From Paraspadella gotoi (Eukaryota; Animalia; Chaetognatha), in NCBI GenBank assembly GCA_051294375.1, contig CM119267.1, forward strand, positions 1,809,547 to 1,873,546: a stretch of 64,000 nucleotides of DNA, read 5' to 3'. Shown piece after piece: positions 27,717 to 43,366 of the stretch; the stretch's first letter is position 1; every line of letters begins with the position of its first letter. A program made the translations under genes and the position numbers. Below the pieces are notes generated by a model that saw only the letters and a program-made list of their open reading frames with translations, had not been told where the DNA came from and ran no database searches.

Positions 27717-28517
27717 TGTGGGGTCTATAATTCACACCGCCTCACAGGTCCACCATGCCGTCAGCCAATCCATTTGGCTCAGAGGCGGCGGTAAACACAC
27801 CATCCCAGGCGTAGATGTTCCATCCACGAAGTCCCTAATGACTTTCCCTGTTGTTGGCAAGCGAGACCGCATCCTTGGGTAAGCCGCGCCAGCTGACTGG
27901 ACGGCGTCATGAGGGTCTGGAAGCACCCAAGCCAACCAGTCGAGATGGCCCATCCCAATAGCGCACCCGGTATCACAGGCAACCTGCGGCTGGTTTGCCA
28001 TTAATGGTGAGCCCTACTTATCGAAAACACGCAACCTTCCAGGGTAAGCTACGAACCAAACGCCTATGCCGTGCCTGCCGACTTCGGTATGCTATGACAA
28101 ACGCCTATGCCCTTCGGGGTACGCTACGGACAAACGCCTATGCCCCCACCAACTCGCACTCTGACTCTCTCTTTCTCCCACTATGGTAACAAGTTCATGT
28201 CAGACACCTCTCAGCCTTGGAGGAACCAGAGTGATGTCTTGGCCCGGGGATCCTGTGGCGGTATTAATCACACCGCCTCACGTCCACCATCATCAGCCAA
28301 ATCCATTGGCTCAGAGGGGGAACACACCATCCCAGGGTCGTATGGTTCCGATCCACAGTCCTAACGACTCTCTGTTGTGGCAAAGCAGAGACCGTCCATA
28401 GGGTAACCGCGGCCAGTGACTGGAGGCGTCACTGCAGGCGTCGGAAGCCCCCAAAAGCAACTAGTGAGATGCCCCCATCCCAATGGGCATCACAGGCAAT
28501 CCTGGCTGTTTGCCATA
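27717..28517 (+). mobile_element. TRIM-like non-autonomous LTR retroelement
   Basis: Direct repeats 27717-28003 and 28254-28517 start TGTGG and end TTTGCCAT(T)A. CATA flanks both ends (27713-16, 28518-21). PBS-like TGGTGAGCCCTACTTAT lies 1 nt after the 5' LTR and resembles the tRNA-Trp PBS TGGTGACCCCGACGTGAT. G-rich GGCCCGGGGA precedes the 3' LTR. The 250-bp interior is non-coding. Confidence 0.8.
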
Positions 28518-28540
28518 CATAACTAATTTCGCAATCTTAC

Positions 28541-28601
28541 AGTTACCCATCAAAAAAATTGAGAAAATTAAATCCGGCCGGGTACCGTAAGTGTAGAGTC
28601 C
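28541..28601 (-). CDS. Putative small exon (S2-S3 linker-like GLYTYG..FNFLNFFD)
   Basis: tttttatcag| acceptor and |gtaag donor; needs one frameshift correction. Confidence 0.35.
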
Positions 28602-28807
28602 CTGATAAAAATGGCGAGGCTGATGTCCTCCGGCGAAGTCTTCGCATTCGGCGGCGAATGCTTTCGTCGATGGACGACGGAAGTTTTAGCGCCGCGAGGC
28701 CATCGCCGCTATACCGAAGCCGATGCATGACCAGCAACGCGCCACCTGGGCCGAAAAGAGTTTTGGGGGGTGCCGCGAAGAAAGGGGACCGGGCGTTACC
28801 GACTTAC

Positions 28808-29053
28808 CCCAGAATCTGCTTTTCAACCAACCACAACCACATTGGAAACCTTCCAAACTGACCTTTGCGACGGAGAGGTCTGGATTCGCGAGAGCGAGTT
28901 TGACGGAGAAGCCAGTTACCGCGATGAGGAACAAAGGTGGCGAATGAGGCAAGGATCAGCGTCTCGAGGCCTTGCGGTGGGTCTGCAGGATGGCTTAGCA
29001 TCCGGCTGCGAGAAAGTACTTGAGGCGAGGGTGATGGAGACTACAGGCGCTTG
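28808..29053 (-). CDS. Putative exon of a membrane protein (S1-S2-like), frameshifted by sequence noise
   Basis: cccctcttttcttccccccgttctccag| acceptor and |gtaagt donor around a GC-rich block. Stitched frames give LSHP..GLETLILASF/LFLIAVTGFSVKLAL..WLVEKQILG. Confidence 0.4.
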
Positions 29054-29242
29054 CTGGAGAACGGGGGGAAGAAAAGAGGGGTATGGCTTATAAGGCAAAA
29101 TAGTCTAGGCAGAGAGGGCTGATTAATTTTTACAAAATAGGAAGAAAAAAATCAGGAGACAGTATTGTCAATCTGTACGTCCATCATTAATAATTTACGT
29201 AAATTATTATATTAAATTTGGCATCTCCACGTTCAAAACCAC

Positions 29243-29469
29243 CTAGCCGGAAGATAACTGAACTTGAGTCCAGACGTACAAGAAGCGAGAAATGACCGTA
29301 GCTCCTCTCGAATGTAGTGCGTAGTCGCCGCCGGCGAAGATCGGCATCACCACCCGCCGAGCTCCATTGTGAGCAGCAGTCCGCCGACGAGCAGCGAAGC
29401 GGCGCCAGAGGGCCATGCACCACACGAATCCAGGGAAATCCCGACTGAAGCCGACCTGATTGAGACGCC
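29243..29469 (-). CDS. Putative exon of the same minus-strand gene
   Basis: Strong pyrimidine tract plus cag| acceptor and weak gtggtt donor; GC-rich with hydrophobic SLLVGGLLLTMELGG; frameshifted. Confidence 0.3.
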
Positions 29470-30769
29470 CTGGGAGGGAGGAGAGAGAGGGGGCACGAGA
29501 GAAAGTCTGAGCGAGTGAGAGGAGGCAATGTAGAGATGGGGATGAGCAGCGGAGAGGCGGGACAAGTTGGAGAAGATTGAGTAATAAAGTTAAACAACGT
29601 ACACATCTTTACGTTACTTGATTAATTAACAATCGGGTCAATTTAATATTCTCGCTTGCTTTTAACTTACCGCCTCACCCAAATCCCGTTATTTAAAATC
29701 CCCAACCCGCCTCACCCCAAGTCCCCAAACTCGCCTCCTCTCCAAAAACTCGCCTTACCCAATCTCCAAACCCGCCTCACCCCAATCCCCAAACTCGCCT
29801 CACCCCATATCCCCACTCACCTTTCGGCGAAATGAAAATGCGCTGCCGCATGATGACGCCGATGATGACGACACCCGGGTGTTGAATAGGCCCAAGCGTC
29901 GGCTTCAGCCCGAACCTTGGACGCCAGAATCGTGGACAACAACGACCCCGTCATTTCCTTAGCCCATGGTGCCGACTTGTTTCTATATTCTTAAAACGAG
30001 CGATATAAAATTATTTAACCGTAAAATGACGTTGGTTGATTTTTTTAAGACATTAAATATCGAGTCATGATCCTATTTAAAAATAAATTAAAAATAAAGA
30101 AAAGTCTTGTCGACCTAAAAGTTTATTGTTTGGTCTTTTTCTCTTGGCGCGGCTTTTTCATTTCTTTCCTCTTCTCCTCCTCCTCGTCTTGCCTCTTCCT
30201 CCTCGTTTTTCCTCTCTATTTCCTCCAGTTCTTCCGTCCTCTTCGTCAGCAGTTCTTTCGTTTTCGATTCATTCGAAAAATCTTTAAAAAGAAAATTATT
30301 AAAATAATCAATAATGATGATAATTAATGAAATAGGCTTGAGATGTGACATTAAGTAATGAAATAGTGTTTTATTTTTCCTCTTTTATATAACGCAGTTT
30401 TGACTGTTAACTTACGTTAGAACAATCCTAATTTCCCAACTCTTTATATCTCCTTCCCAAACTTTCCCAATTAGGACCTTTTCCTAGTTCCTTATTTCTT
30501 TTACTTTTCTCATTATAATGATAAATGGCTCTTCTTTATTTACTATCTACCTTTCTCATATATTGTTTTTGCTATGTTAATATCTTTTGTGCTGATTGAG
30601 GCTTTAACCACCATAAAACCCGCTGCAAAGTCTGGGCAAGACTAAGACTATATTTATTGCTATGAATAGACTAATTTATATATGGTTGTACCAATATCAT
30701 AATACTTTTTCTTTGGACCTTTCTTGAATCAATGCCTCTCTCTCGCCACCCTTTTCTCTCCCGCCTTAC

Positions 30770-30995
30770 TCTACGTCCTTCCTCGTCGCCCAAAGCTGCG
30801 GAGCAACGAGATGCCAACGGGGCCTGACCCTTGCCGATCAGTCGGAACGTGAACCTGCGTAAGGATCGGGGGTAGTCGGGGTCGGGAGCCCCGATAGCTA
30901 TGAGCGCCGATGAAGCTCTGATCTGTTGCGGCCGAGGGAGGCTGAGGAGGGGTGACTTGAATCTCCCAGCGTCGTCGAAACCCCATGGGCCTTAC
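30770..30995 (-). CDS. Putative exon, product unknown
   Basis: cccttgccctccag| acceptor and |gtaagg donor; GC-rich island. Confidence 0.25.
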
Positions 30996-31508
30996 CTGGA
31001 GGGCAAGGGCGGCGGAGAGTTCAGCCACAAAATAATTGTGTACTCGTTATCAATAAATAAACAATGCAATACAAACAAAACCAGCGTTAATTCAACTTGC
31101 TTCAAATAAGTATATATATATAGATCTATTAAGAATACAGTGTATACAAATCAAACGGATTATACTCAGCAACCGCTTAACTTACCTCGAACTACGTTTC
31201 TTGCTTTCGGTTCGCCTCCATTCCTAATAATCCTCTTATTGCAAAACCAGAGTAAAGCGTATGGACTTCCTATCCTTCGTCGTCGGTGCCTAAGGGGAGG
31301 GGGCGGTGAATATTTAACCTTTAAACCACATAAAATTGAAATTTAATAAGTGACGAGAAAAAGTAAGAGAAACAGGCTTAATTTGAGGCCTAAAATTCTC
31401 GGGAGTGTATTTTCTTGCAAAAAGAAAAAAAAAATACACAAAAGCTCAAAAGCGTTATTTTATTGTCATTGAAAATAGAAACGAAGCAAGTCCAAAAAAA
31501 TACTTCAC

Positions 31509-31667
31509 GTTCTGGGCTCCAAACGAATTCGGGCTGGCTAGTCAAGGCTACGCCCCAGAAGTTTCCTGGACGTGATGAAAGTGGCCGCCCGGCATGCGGA
31601 GCTAAAGAGGCCACGGAGTTGTTGAAGCACGGAAAGGGACATGACTGTGTGGGTAGCGGTCCCAAGG
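31509..31667 (-). CDS. Putative exon, product unknown
   Basis: ctcttttttttcccccag| acceptor and |gtgaag donor; GC-rich island in an AT-rich background. Confidence 0.3.
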
Positions 31668-33024
31668 CTGGGGGAAAAAAAAGAGTGGTTTTAATTCTGA
31701 AGAAGTAATTGCAAAAAAATATTGTTTTTATTTGTCAATGGCTAAGGCAATGGCCAAATTCAATAGCATTTCAATATTACTACTTGTATTTTTATCTTCA
31801 TAATCATCAATGAGCCAAAATTATTCGAAAAATCTTCAAAAAATGTTTTAGCAAAGTTGCTTTACTTAATTTTTAAATGTTTACTTTAGTTTTGTTGACA
31901 AAACACGACTCAAGCGTTTACGAATGTAGTTGTCTGCATATAAAGGGCATTGAAAGTATTTAGAGACTCAGATACCCCATTTGGTTCCCGGATGACCGGT
32001 ACCTAAGTTTTGCGTCTTTCTATCCGGAATTTATATAATATCTTGATTTTTTTACATTTAAAAACAGAAAGACGAAAAGTTGTTAAAAAACCTTTTAAAA
32101 TTAAAAAAAATTGTCGCTATCAACTTTCATAATTAATTGTATTTTTTTTATACTGGAATAAGGGTATTAAGTAATTAGTAGTTAATATCTGTTCTTGTTA
32201 CTTGTTACTTCCGAATAGTACATCGAGAACTCGAGTCCAAGGCATTTATTTTCTAAAACGCAGCCAGTGTGAAAAAAATATAAAGAGAGAAAAAATATAA
32301 ATGAAAACTGTTAAAATTCCCTGAGAAAAAAGTTTAAATTTTCTTTATAATAAATATATACTATTCAAAACTTGCGGTATCGAGGAGAAAAAAATATAAA
32401 ACGGTAATAATATACTCTCGCAAATATGAGCTAAGAAAGAGACGAATGAAATGGACCATGATTCGAAATGATCCGCTTTTTTCTTTCTCACGGAGAAAAA
32501 GCGCTTAAAAAAAAAAAAAATGTGGGGAAACGGGATCTTTTAGGAAGCTATATCGGGTGTTGGAGTCTGACTGCCGAAACTGGCGACCTTTATTGTAACC
32601 GCTCGTAACTTATGAGGCAAAAAGAAAATGGACGGAACGGAGAAGAGAGGTGAGCAGCTGAGGGAGGGAAGGGAGGGGAAGGGAGGGGAAGGGATAGGGG
32701 AAGTGGGAGGGGAGGGAAGGCGGAGCGGGAGGGAAAGGCAGAGAGAGGTAAAGGAGTAAGAGAGGAGAAAAATGGAGGAAGTTGAGAGTGGAAAGTGAGA
32801 AACGGCGTTCGTTGTTGTTGTCGTTATTTGTCGTTTTTATTGCAAATTGCCGAAGAATTTTAATTTTATATTTCATTTTTGTTTTTCTTTCATTGTTAAA
32901 GTAGTCGTCAACAAATTTTAAGACGCCGAAATCAATTCGTAAGAATTAAGGATACAATTCTTCTTTTTACCCAATGATAATTGCCAGTTCATTACTCTGA
33001 TGTTCTCGATAGAATAAATAAGTT

Positions 33025-33233
33025 ATATGAAATTGGTACAACCAATATAAAAATATAGCCATGTCATTTAATAAATAAGCTATCTTGCCCCTGACTTTGG
33101 AACAGGCTTTGGTGGAAGGCCTTCCATCACTCTTACAAATAATAGACATAAGCAGGTCCCTGGCAAGCTTTCCAATCAAGACTCTCTCACAGTCCCGTTT
33201 ATTCACTCTCAGCAGTACCTGGCTTCCCTATCA
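33025..33233 (-). repeat. Interspersed repeat family A, copy 2
   Basis: Reverse complement of 4959-5165 (gctatcttgcccctgactttgg...ctggcttccctatcaa). Confidence 0.85.
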
Positions 33234-34083
33234 ATAGAAGTGGAAATATTTCAAAGAAATGTTTCAATTGTATGAAAAGACCCACTCCCTAAGTATTAGA
33301 TCGGGTAATACTTATTGTAACTTAATGTACTTAATGTTATCGTTCTCGAAATGCAATAGAAATAATTCGGTAACCTTCTCGAGCTATAAAAAAATTTTAG
33401 AATACTTTACCGCCACAGAAGGTAAAACGTTATATTTTGAAACTTTAAAGTGAATGAAAATACATACATTGCTGATGAAATCGCGTTGCCTTCAATATTT
33501 AATATCAAGACGTCAACATTTCAACGGCGAAAGCGTAACACAAATCCTTGAAATCCTTTGGCATCTCAGGGGGGAAGCATGCCATCGCGTTGCGTCCCAT
33601 GAAAAGAAACGGCCCGACGATACGATACATGTCCTATTTTGTCCGATACGCGATCGCGAAAGTTTTGTGCAAAGAGAAACAACTGCCAGACTGCGCAGGC
33701 AGGCAATGATCTTTTAAAGTGCATTATATTCTCGGTTCAGTTGTCTCGTTTTTAATTGATGAAAAAAAATGAAAAACCATATTATTTTCAGGATCGATGC
33801 ATTATCCTATTCCGTTTTGCCATCTTCCCATTTGCTAGCACACTTTCTTGCTCTTGTTTGTATATTTCCATTCTGCCAAGGCCTTTCCTATCTCTTTTTT
33901 TTTAAATGTTCCTCATCTGACATAGCCCGGACCCCATCTCTCTTTACGAAATGTTCCCATCTGCTCAGAGCCTTTTTTCCCGGCCGCGTTCTTTTCTCCG
34001 CCTCTTCAGTCGTCACCCCTTGTCCCAGATAAGCATTCGCCGGAGCGCTGGAAAATTTTCTTGATATTACAACCCCTATCTTT

Positions 34084-34171
<88 letters not shown>

Positions 34172-34965
34172 CTCTCTGATGTTGGGCGCCCCCGTGTTGC
34201 ACAGCTTTCTTCGGCTGAAGGCTGAGAATGAGAAGAGAAAATGGGTAACGGAAGACGCGAGAGTGCGGCGATGTTAGGCAATCCTGGTGAGTCAAGTAAG
34301 ATAAAACTTTGAACAATAAAGAATTAGACATTATAGAGGAAAACGCTATAAAGACTTAGACTGAAAACTAAAACGGTTTAAACTATAAAGACGGTCAGAA
34401 TGAGATTCGGACAAATGACCCGAGAAATTTCGGCTGGTCGGCTGCGCCCCCTTCCTCTCCAAAACTGAGAAATGAGAACTCTGGGGGCGGGGGGCAGGCG
34501 GTGAGAACAAATATCGGCGCAGATGGAAGGCGGCGAAAGGTTCAAAAAGGTGAGGTAAGGTTCGGGTAAAGAAGTGTCGCTTAGATTTGGCATAAAATGA
34601 AGTTAAGATTTGGTCTTGGGCGAAGCAGATTTGGGGTCAGGCTTCTCTCACGGAAACCGAAATACGAGCCTAATGATATTTTTTCTTTAAATTTTAATAT
34701 GAATGAACAATGATTGTTTACAAATCTTTCGATTTTGCGAGGCTTTAGCCTCATGAAGCTCTCTTAAAGCGGAGAATTGAGCGGAATTCGTCAGTAGCTC
34801 GTTCAGTTTTGCTGGAGCATAAAGTCCACCGGGCTGGCAGCAATATTAGTGAGCCGCTGGGATTCGCTTGGACAAAAGAGGATCACGCGAAAGCCGGACG
34901 GATTCTCATCCTCGCAGAACTTTCGTGGAAAGGCAGGAGAGAGAGAGAGAGAGAGAGATGAGAAG

Positions 34966-35013
<48 letters not shown>

Positions 35014-35198
35014 AGTAGGAAAACAGATATTAACGCGGCGCCATAATCCTCAGCAGTTTAAACTGTTAAACTTCGCGCCAGTTCGGGGAAGAGAACTATA
35101 AGTTCACCGCAACTACGCCCTGCGGCGTCATTCGCCGGGGGGATATCATTCCGGCAAAATCCCCGCCGCCAATTCATGCACGGGCGGACGAGAAATGG

Positions 35199-35242
<44 letters not shown>

Positions 35243-35667
35243 CTCCTCTCTCTCTATCTCTCTCTCACAACATGTTCTTTTTTTTGGGCTTTCAAGGTAT
35301 CTCAATGTCGATTAACCAATTAAGGGTCACAGATTTGAATTTTTTTGCTTTCTTTTAATATATTTTTAATCACCTCAGATATATTTAATGACAGAAAAAG
35401 TTAAGAAAAAAGAAGGAACAAAAGAAAAGAAAAAAAATAATAGGAAAAAAAGAAAAAGAAAAAGAAAAGAAGAAAAAGATAATTAAGAAGAAAGCAAAGA
35501 AAAGACAATATTAGTATATTGTAAAAGTGTAAAAAGTGTTGTTATTTAGCTGGATATACAGCTTTTAGATGGAATAGAGTGCTGATGAAGACTTGAATTA
35601 AAATCAAAACAACAACAACAACAAATTCTTTTTCTCAATTCAAAACACAAAGATGCTAAGAGAGAAA

Positions 35668-35702
<35 letters not shown>

Positions 35703-37090
35703 GTGAGCAGACAAAATAATAATTATTGTAATGTACAACAAGGAAATAAGTTAAACTAATGGTGAATTTAACAATTATTCTAATAATAAATAAATAGTAA
35801 TGAAGGAAAGAAAGTTTTTAAATGTGAAATGATACATTTTATGTTAGGATAATAAACATATAAGTGAAAAAATTAAGAATTAAGATAGGAATGAATCTAA
35901 ATGCAAATAAATTATTGATTTTTAAATATAGGATTTGTTAAGGTTTCTTATTTTTTAGTTAAAATATTTTATATAACAAGGACTGCCCAATGAATGATGC
36001 ATTTCATTGGCAGCGGACAGGCTTCAAACGTCAATCCCATCAAAAATAGTGGCAGGGGATTCTCTTCCGCCGTTGGATAAGCAGAAGGCTTCCCAAACAG
36101 TAATCCCCTTAAAAAATAGTGGTGATTCCCCAAAACAGAGGGAAAAAAGACAGTTTCATGTTAGAAAGAAAGAGGGCGCAGTTGAAACTGTCCAACGTAT
36201 AGCAGTTTTAAACTGCGCCTTATTGACGGCGTCATACCTTGAGGCAAAAACGGGCTCGCGCTTCGGCTTGAGCCGCAACAAAAAGGCAGATTAAGAGAAG
36301 ACGCGATAGATCAAAACCTCGATGTCGGCGTTATTATCATATATATGCGGCGGCGGACGCCGGCGGAAAGATGCGCAGCGAGCGGCAGACTCTACGGGCA
36401 GGCAAAAATAAAAGAGCGGAAGAGATAAAGAGGAGGGGAAGAGGCGGAAATGCGGAGGAGAGATAAAAGAGGAGGAAAAGAAAGGGATGAGGGGAAGCAG
36501 GAGAGAGATAAGGGAGAAAGATAAGAGAGGGGAGAGTGAGGAAAAAAGAGCGGGAGAGATAGAAGAGTGGAAAGAGAGAGAAGGGAAAGGGATGACGGGA
36601 GAAGGGAGGGAAAGGAAAAAGGGAGGAAAGAAAGAAGGATAAAGAAGAAAGGAAGGATGGGGATTAAGTGGAATGAAGAGAAGGGAGAGGGAAGTTGAAT
36701 AAAAGAGTGGAAGTATAAAGAAGATGGAAAAAAATTAGTAATAAAAAAGGGTGAGACGAGAGGAAACAAACAATGATGTGGATGAAAGTGCGAAGCCGGA
36801 AAGGAGAGGGGAGGCGACCTGAGGGAAAGGGCAAGCAGAAAAAGACAGATGAGTAAGTTCGGTTGAAGGAACCTCCCTTTACGCCAACGGAAAAATATGA
36901 AAGATGACGGAGAGGAGGAGAGAAAGCATGGAGAGGGAGGTGACGCAGGCACGTGGAGGGAGGAATAGAGTAGAGAAAACAGAGTTGAGGATAATAGATG
37001 GAGGGAGAAAAAGGAAGAGAATTAAAAATGCAGGAAAAAGGTTGAGAGATAAGATAACGGATATATACAAAATATATATTATAGTATATG

Positions 37091-37126
<36 letters not shown>

Positions 37127-37331
37127 CAGCAATTGAGAATTGTCAAATTGCCTGAAAATAGCTAGAAATATTAAATAGCAGAAAAGGGAGAGTGAAAAAA
37201 GAAGCGAGAATACGAAAGAAGAAAAAGAGTCAGGGGGAAGGAGGGAGTAAGAAATTGAGGGGAAAACATGAGAGGAAAAAAAGTGTTCGCATGCGGAATA
37301 AATGCGCTTGGGCTGGCCAATTGACGTCTTT

Positions 37332-38166
37332 GAGTCGTCGTCGTCGTCGTCGGCGTCGCCGTTATCGCGTCCGTTCTCTGGCTCCTGTTCGGCGACGGCA
37401 AATCGCCCCAGTTATTCGGTCGTCGTATTCGTTTCGCCTCGGGTCCTCCTTCGTAGTCCTTGTCGTTGTTGTCGTCGTCGTCATCATCGTCGTCATCATT
37501 CTTCGTGTCATCATCATCGTCGTTCGTCATTGTTGTGCTTGTAGTTATCGTCGTCGTTACGTTACGCCGTCGCCGGCGCCGTCGTCGTTCATCATCTTCG
37601 TCGTCGTATCTCGTCGTCGTCATCTTCGTCGTCGTCATCTTCGTCGTCGTCATCATCGTCGTCGTCATCAGTCGTCGTCGTCATCGTCGTCGTTCATCGT
37701 CTGTCGTCATCGTCGTCGTCATCGTCGTCCGTCGTCATCCGTCGTCGTCATCGTCGTCGTCATCTTCGTTGTCGTCGTCGTCGTCGTCGTCATCATCGTC
37801 GTCGTCATTCATCGTATCGTTCGACATCTTCTCGTCGATCATCATCGTCTGTCGTCTCATCGTCGTTCGACATTCTTCGTCGTCCCTCGTCATCACCGTG
37901 CGTACCTTCGTCATCGTTGTCGTTCTGTCGTCATCGTCGTTCATCGTCCGTCATCTCGTACGTCGTCATCATCGTCGTCTCTCATCATCGTCGTCAGTCA
38001 TCGTCGTCGACATCCTTCGTCGTCGTCATCATCGTTCGTCTCATTCTCGTCGTCGCATCTGTCGTCATCTTTCGTCGTCGGTCATCATCGTTCGTCGTCA
38101 TCATCGTCGTCGTCATCATCTTCGTCGTCATCGTCGTCGTCATCGTCATCGTCGTCGTCATCGTCG
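37332..38166 (+). repeat. Degenerate (GTC/ATC)n trinucleotide array
   Basis: Long tcgtcgtcatc run; source of the spurious 300-aa ORFs. Confidence 0.92.
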
Positions 38167-38399
38167 AATTCACTTTCAATTTTTATTTCGAAATGAATTA
38201 CTTTTTTGTTCCTCGAATAAAAAACTCAACACGAAATCAATTTTGTTTTTATGTATTTTTCGTGAGTTGAGTTTAACAGTGAATTTCACAACGACAACAA
38301 CAACAACGAAAATTCTAAAAAATATCCTCAAACAAGATTCACTAGCGACACGAAAAGTAAAGCCAAATCCTTATATATCCTTATATATATCTGTTCATT

Positions 38400-38620
38400 T
38401 GCATAAAATTTGCCTATAGTTGGTTGCTCATTTGTTAAGACTTAAGATAAAAAAAACCTCAAATCTAAGTGACTGCTAGCGCCGCCTTCAGAAAATCCCT
38501 AAACTATAAAAAATAAAAGACGGAATTCCGATGCAGTTCGTGTCATAAATACACGGGCTAAGAAAGATATTGTAATCATGTAGTCATGTCATGTCGTGTC
38601 ATGTCATATCATATCATATC
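38400..38620 (+). repeat. Interspersed repeat family B (SINE/LINE-3'-like, (CATGT)n tail), copy 1
   Basis: aatttgcctatagttggttgctcatttgttaagac...gactgctagcgccgccttcag...gtcataaatac followed by a pentamer tail; second copy at 53946-54135. Confidence 0.8.
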
Positions 38621-39191
38621 ACGTGAAATTAAAGTCACTACGAATGGGAAGAACCGATCTTAATTTTTTGGGGGGTGTGAGATTTTTTACTCTCACGCTA
38701 ATGGAGACAATCTTCCAAACGTCTCCCGCTCGAACTGTTTAACATGGGCTTCTTGAAGAATAAGAATTTTGTAGTCTTTAGAAGATTTCGAATCAGGAAC
38801 GACGTTTTTTCATGAGTCGAGAATTAGGACTAAAGATTCGTCTCATCTCTCTCCAAATTTCAATATAAAAATCATATAAAAAAGACCGGCGAAAATTGGC
38901 CGAACGCGACACAGATAGTTCAAGCGAAATGTATGAGAGAAAGAGAGAGACGGAAAATTATAGGCAGGCGAGGCGTACTATTTTCTTCAGGGAAAAAAAA
39001 CTAAATCAGAAATTCGATTCGATTCTGGTTTCGTTGATTTTTTGGGGCAAAAAACTCATAAGAAGCAGCGAATGCTTGTCAATTTGATTGGTAGATCCTG
39101 CATGCGAAAATAGAGATGCTTGTCTTAGATGATATTACACGAAACACGTCATAGGAATAATTCTGATCAAGGTAATTAGATGCAGGTATGA

Positions 39192-39253
<62 letters not shown>

Positions 39254-39254
39254 A

Positions 39255-42336
<3,082 letters not shown>

Positions 42337-42434
42337 ATGGTGACGGAAACTTTGGTCGAAGCTGCGGGAAAACTCGGCGTCTTGAGAAAATCCTTAATTT
42401 CCTGTGCGGGTTGCGATCTGCCAATTTTGGACAG
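42337..42434 (+). CDS. Lhx1/5: LIM-homeodomain Lhx1/5 (Lim1) coding exon 1 (start codon and first Zn-ligand pair of LIM1)
   Basis: AAAATGG start with an in-frame TAA two codons upstream. Translates MVTETLVEAAGKLGVLRKSLISCAGCDLPILD(R), matching Lhx1 CAGCKRPILDR. Ends AG|gtgaac (phase 2) and joins the next exon to give AGA=R. Confidence 0.88.
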
Positions 42435-42610
42435 GTGAACAAGTCTTGTGATGCTTGGTGGGTAATTGCTGTGATGTGAATCCTTTATATCTGTGATGAC
42501 TGGCCTGATCGATGTGAGCCGTTGTAATTTATTATCATGATATTTTTTGGCAAATGATGTTTGTTTAATCTAAGTATCAAGTATCTGTGTAAATTATATT
42601 ACTATTTATT

Positions 42611-42813
42611 TATGAAATTAATACAACCAATGTAAAAATTATCCGTTCATTTAATAATTAGGCTATCTTTCCCCTGACTTTGGACAGGCATTGGTGGTTT
42701 AAGGCCTTTATCACTCTTACAAAATAAGGAAAAAGCAGATCCCTTCAAGCTTTCAATCAAAACTCTCTCTGTCTTGTTTATTCACTCCCAAAGCATCTGG
42801 CTTCCCTATCAAT
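42611..42813 (-). repeat. Interspersed repeat family A, copy 3 (Lhx1/5 intron 1)
   Basis: Colinear with 33025-33233 (ctatctttcccctgactttggacagg...ctggcttccctatcaa). Confidence 0.85.
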
Positions 42814-43205
42814 GAAATGGTATACTATTTCTAAAAAATGTTTCAATTGTACTTATTGTATTATATTATTATCACTCTTATCATAATAAATTACTTTTCT
42901 TGCAATTATGGATGATCGTCATCAGCCTCTTACTCTTTCCAAGAGTTGACGTATGCCACCCCGAAGCTCATATTTAACCGGGTGGCAATAATTAAGTTTT
43001 GCTCTCATGAAATGATTAAAGATTCGAGCGAAAGAGTCTTAGAAAAAATCGACTCTCTCTCTCTATCTCTCTCTCTCTCTCTCTATCACATTGTGATTCA
43101 TCTCTCCCTTAATATCATAACCTCTCTAATTTTTGGGGTTAAAGACCGACTGACCAGGGGGTCAAAAGTTCAAAAGGTCATGGGTTGACTTTGGTCGGTG
43201 CATCT

Positions 43206-43265
<60 letters not shown>

Positions 43266-43331
43266 GCTGTGCCTTCCACGCTAACGCATCTTCTTTGCGC
43301 GCAAATGCATAACGATAGACCTCCAGAAAAA

Positions 43332-43366
<35 letters not shown>

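Noticed and set aside
27835-27880. Hammerhead in the TRIM LTRs (retrozyme)
   Set aside because: Motifs are CTAATGA/CTAACGA and GAGAC rather than CTGANGA/GAAA in both LTRs, so core residues are missing.
37192-38419. Long ORFs of 334 and 319 aa
   Set aside because: Open only because of the (GTC/ATC)n array; they translate as poly-R/S/V with no domain signature.
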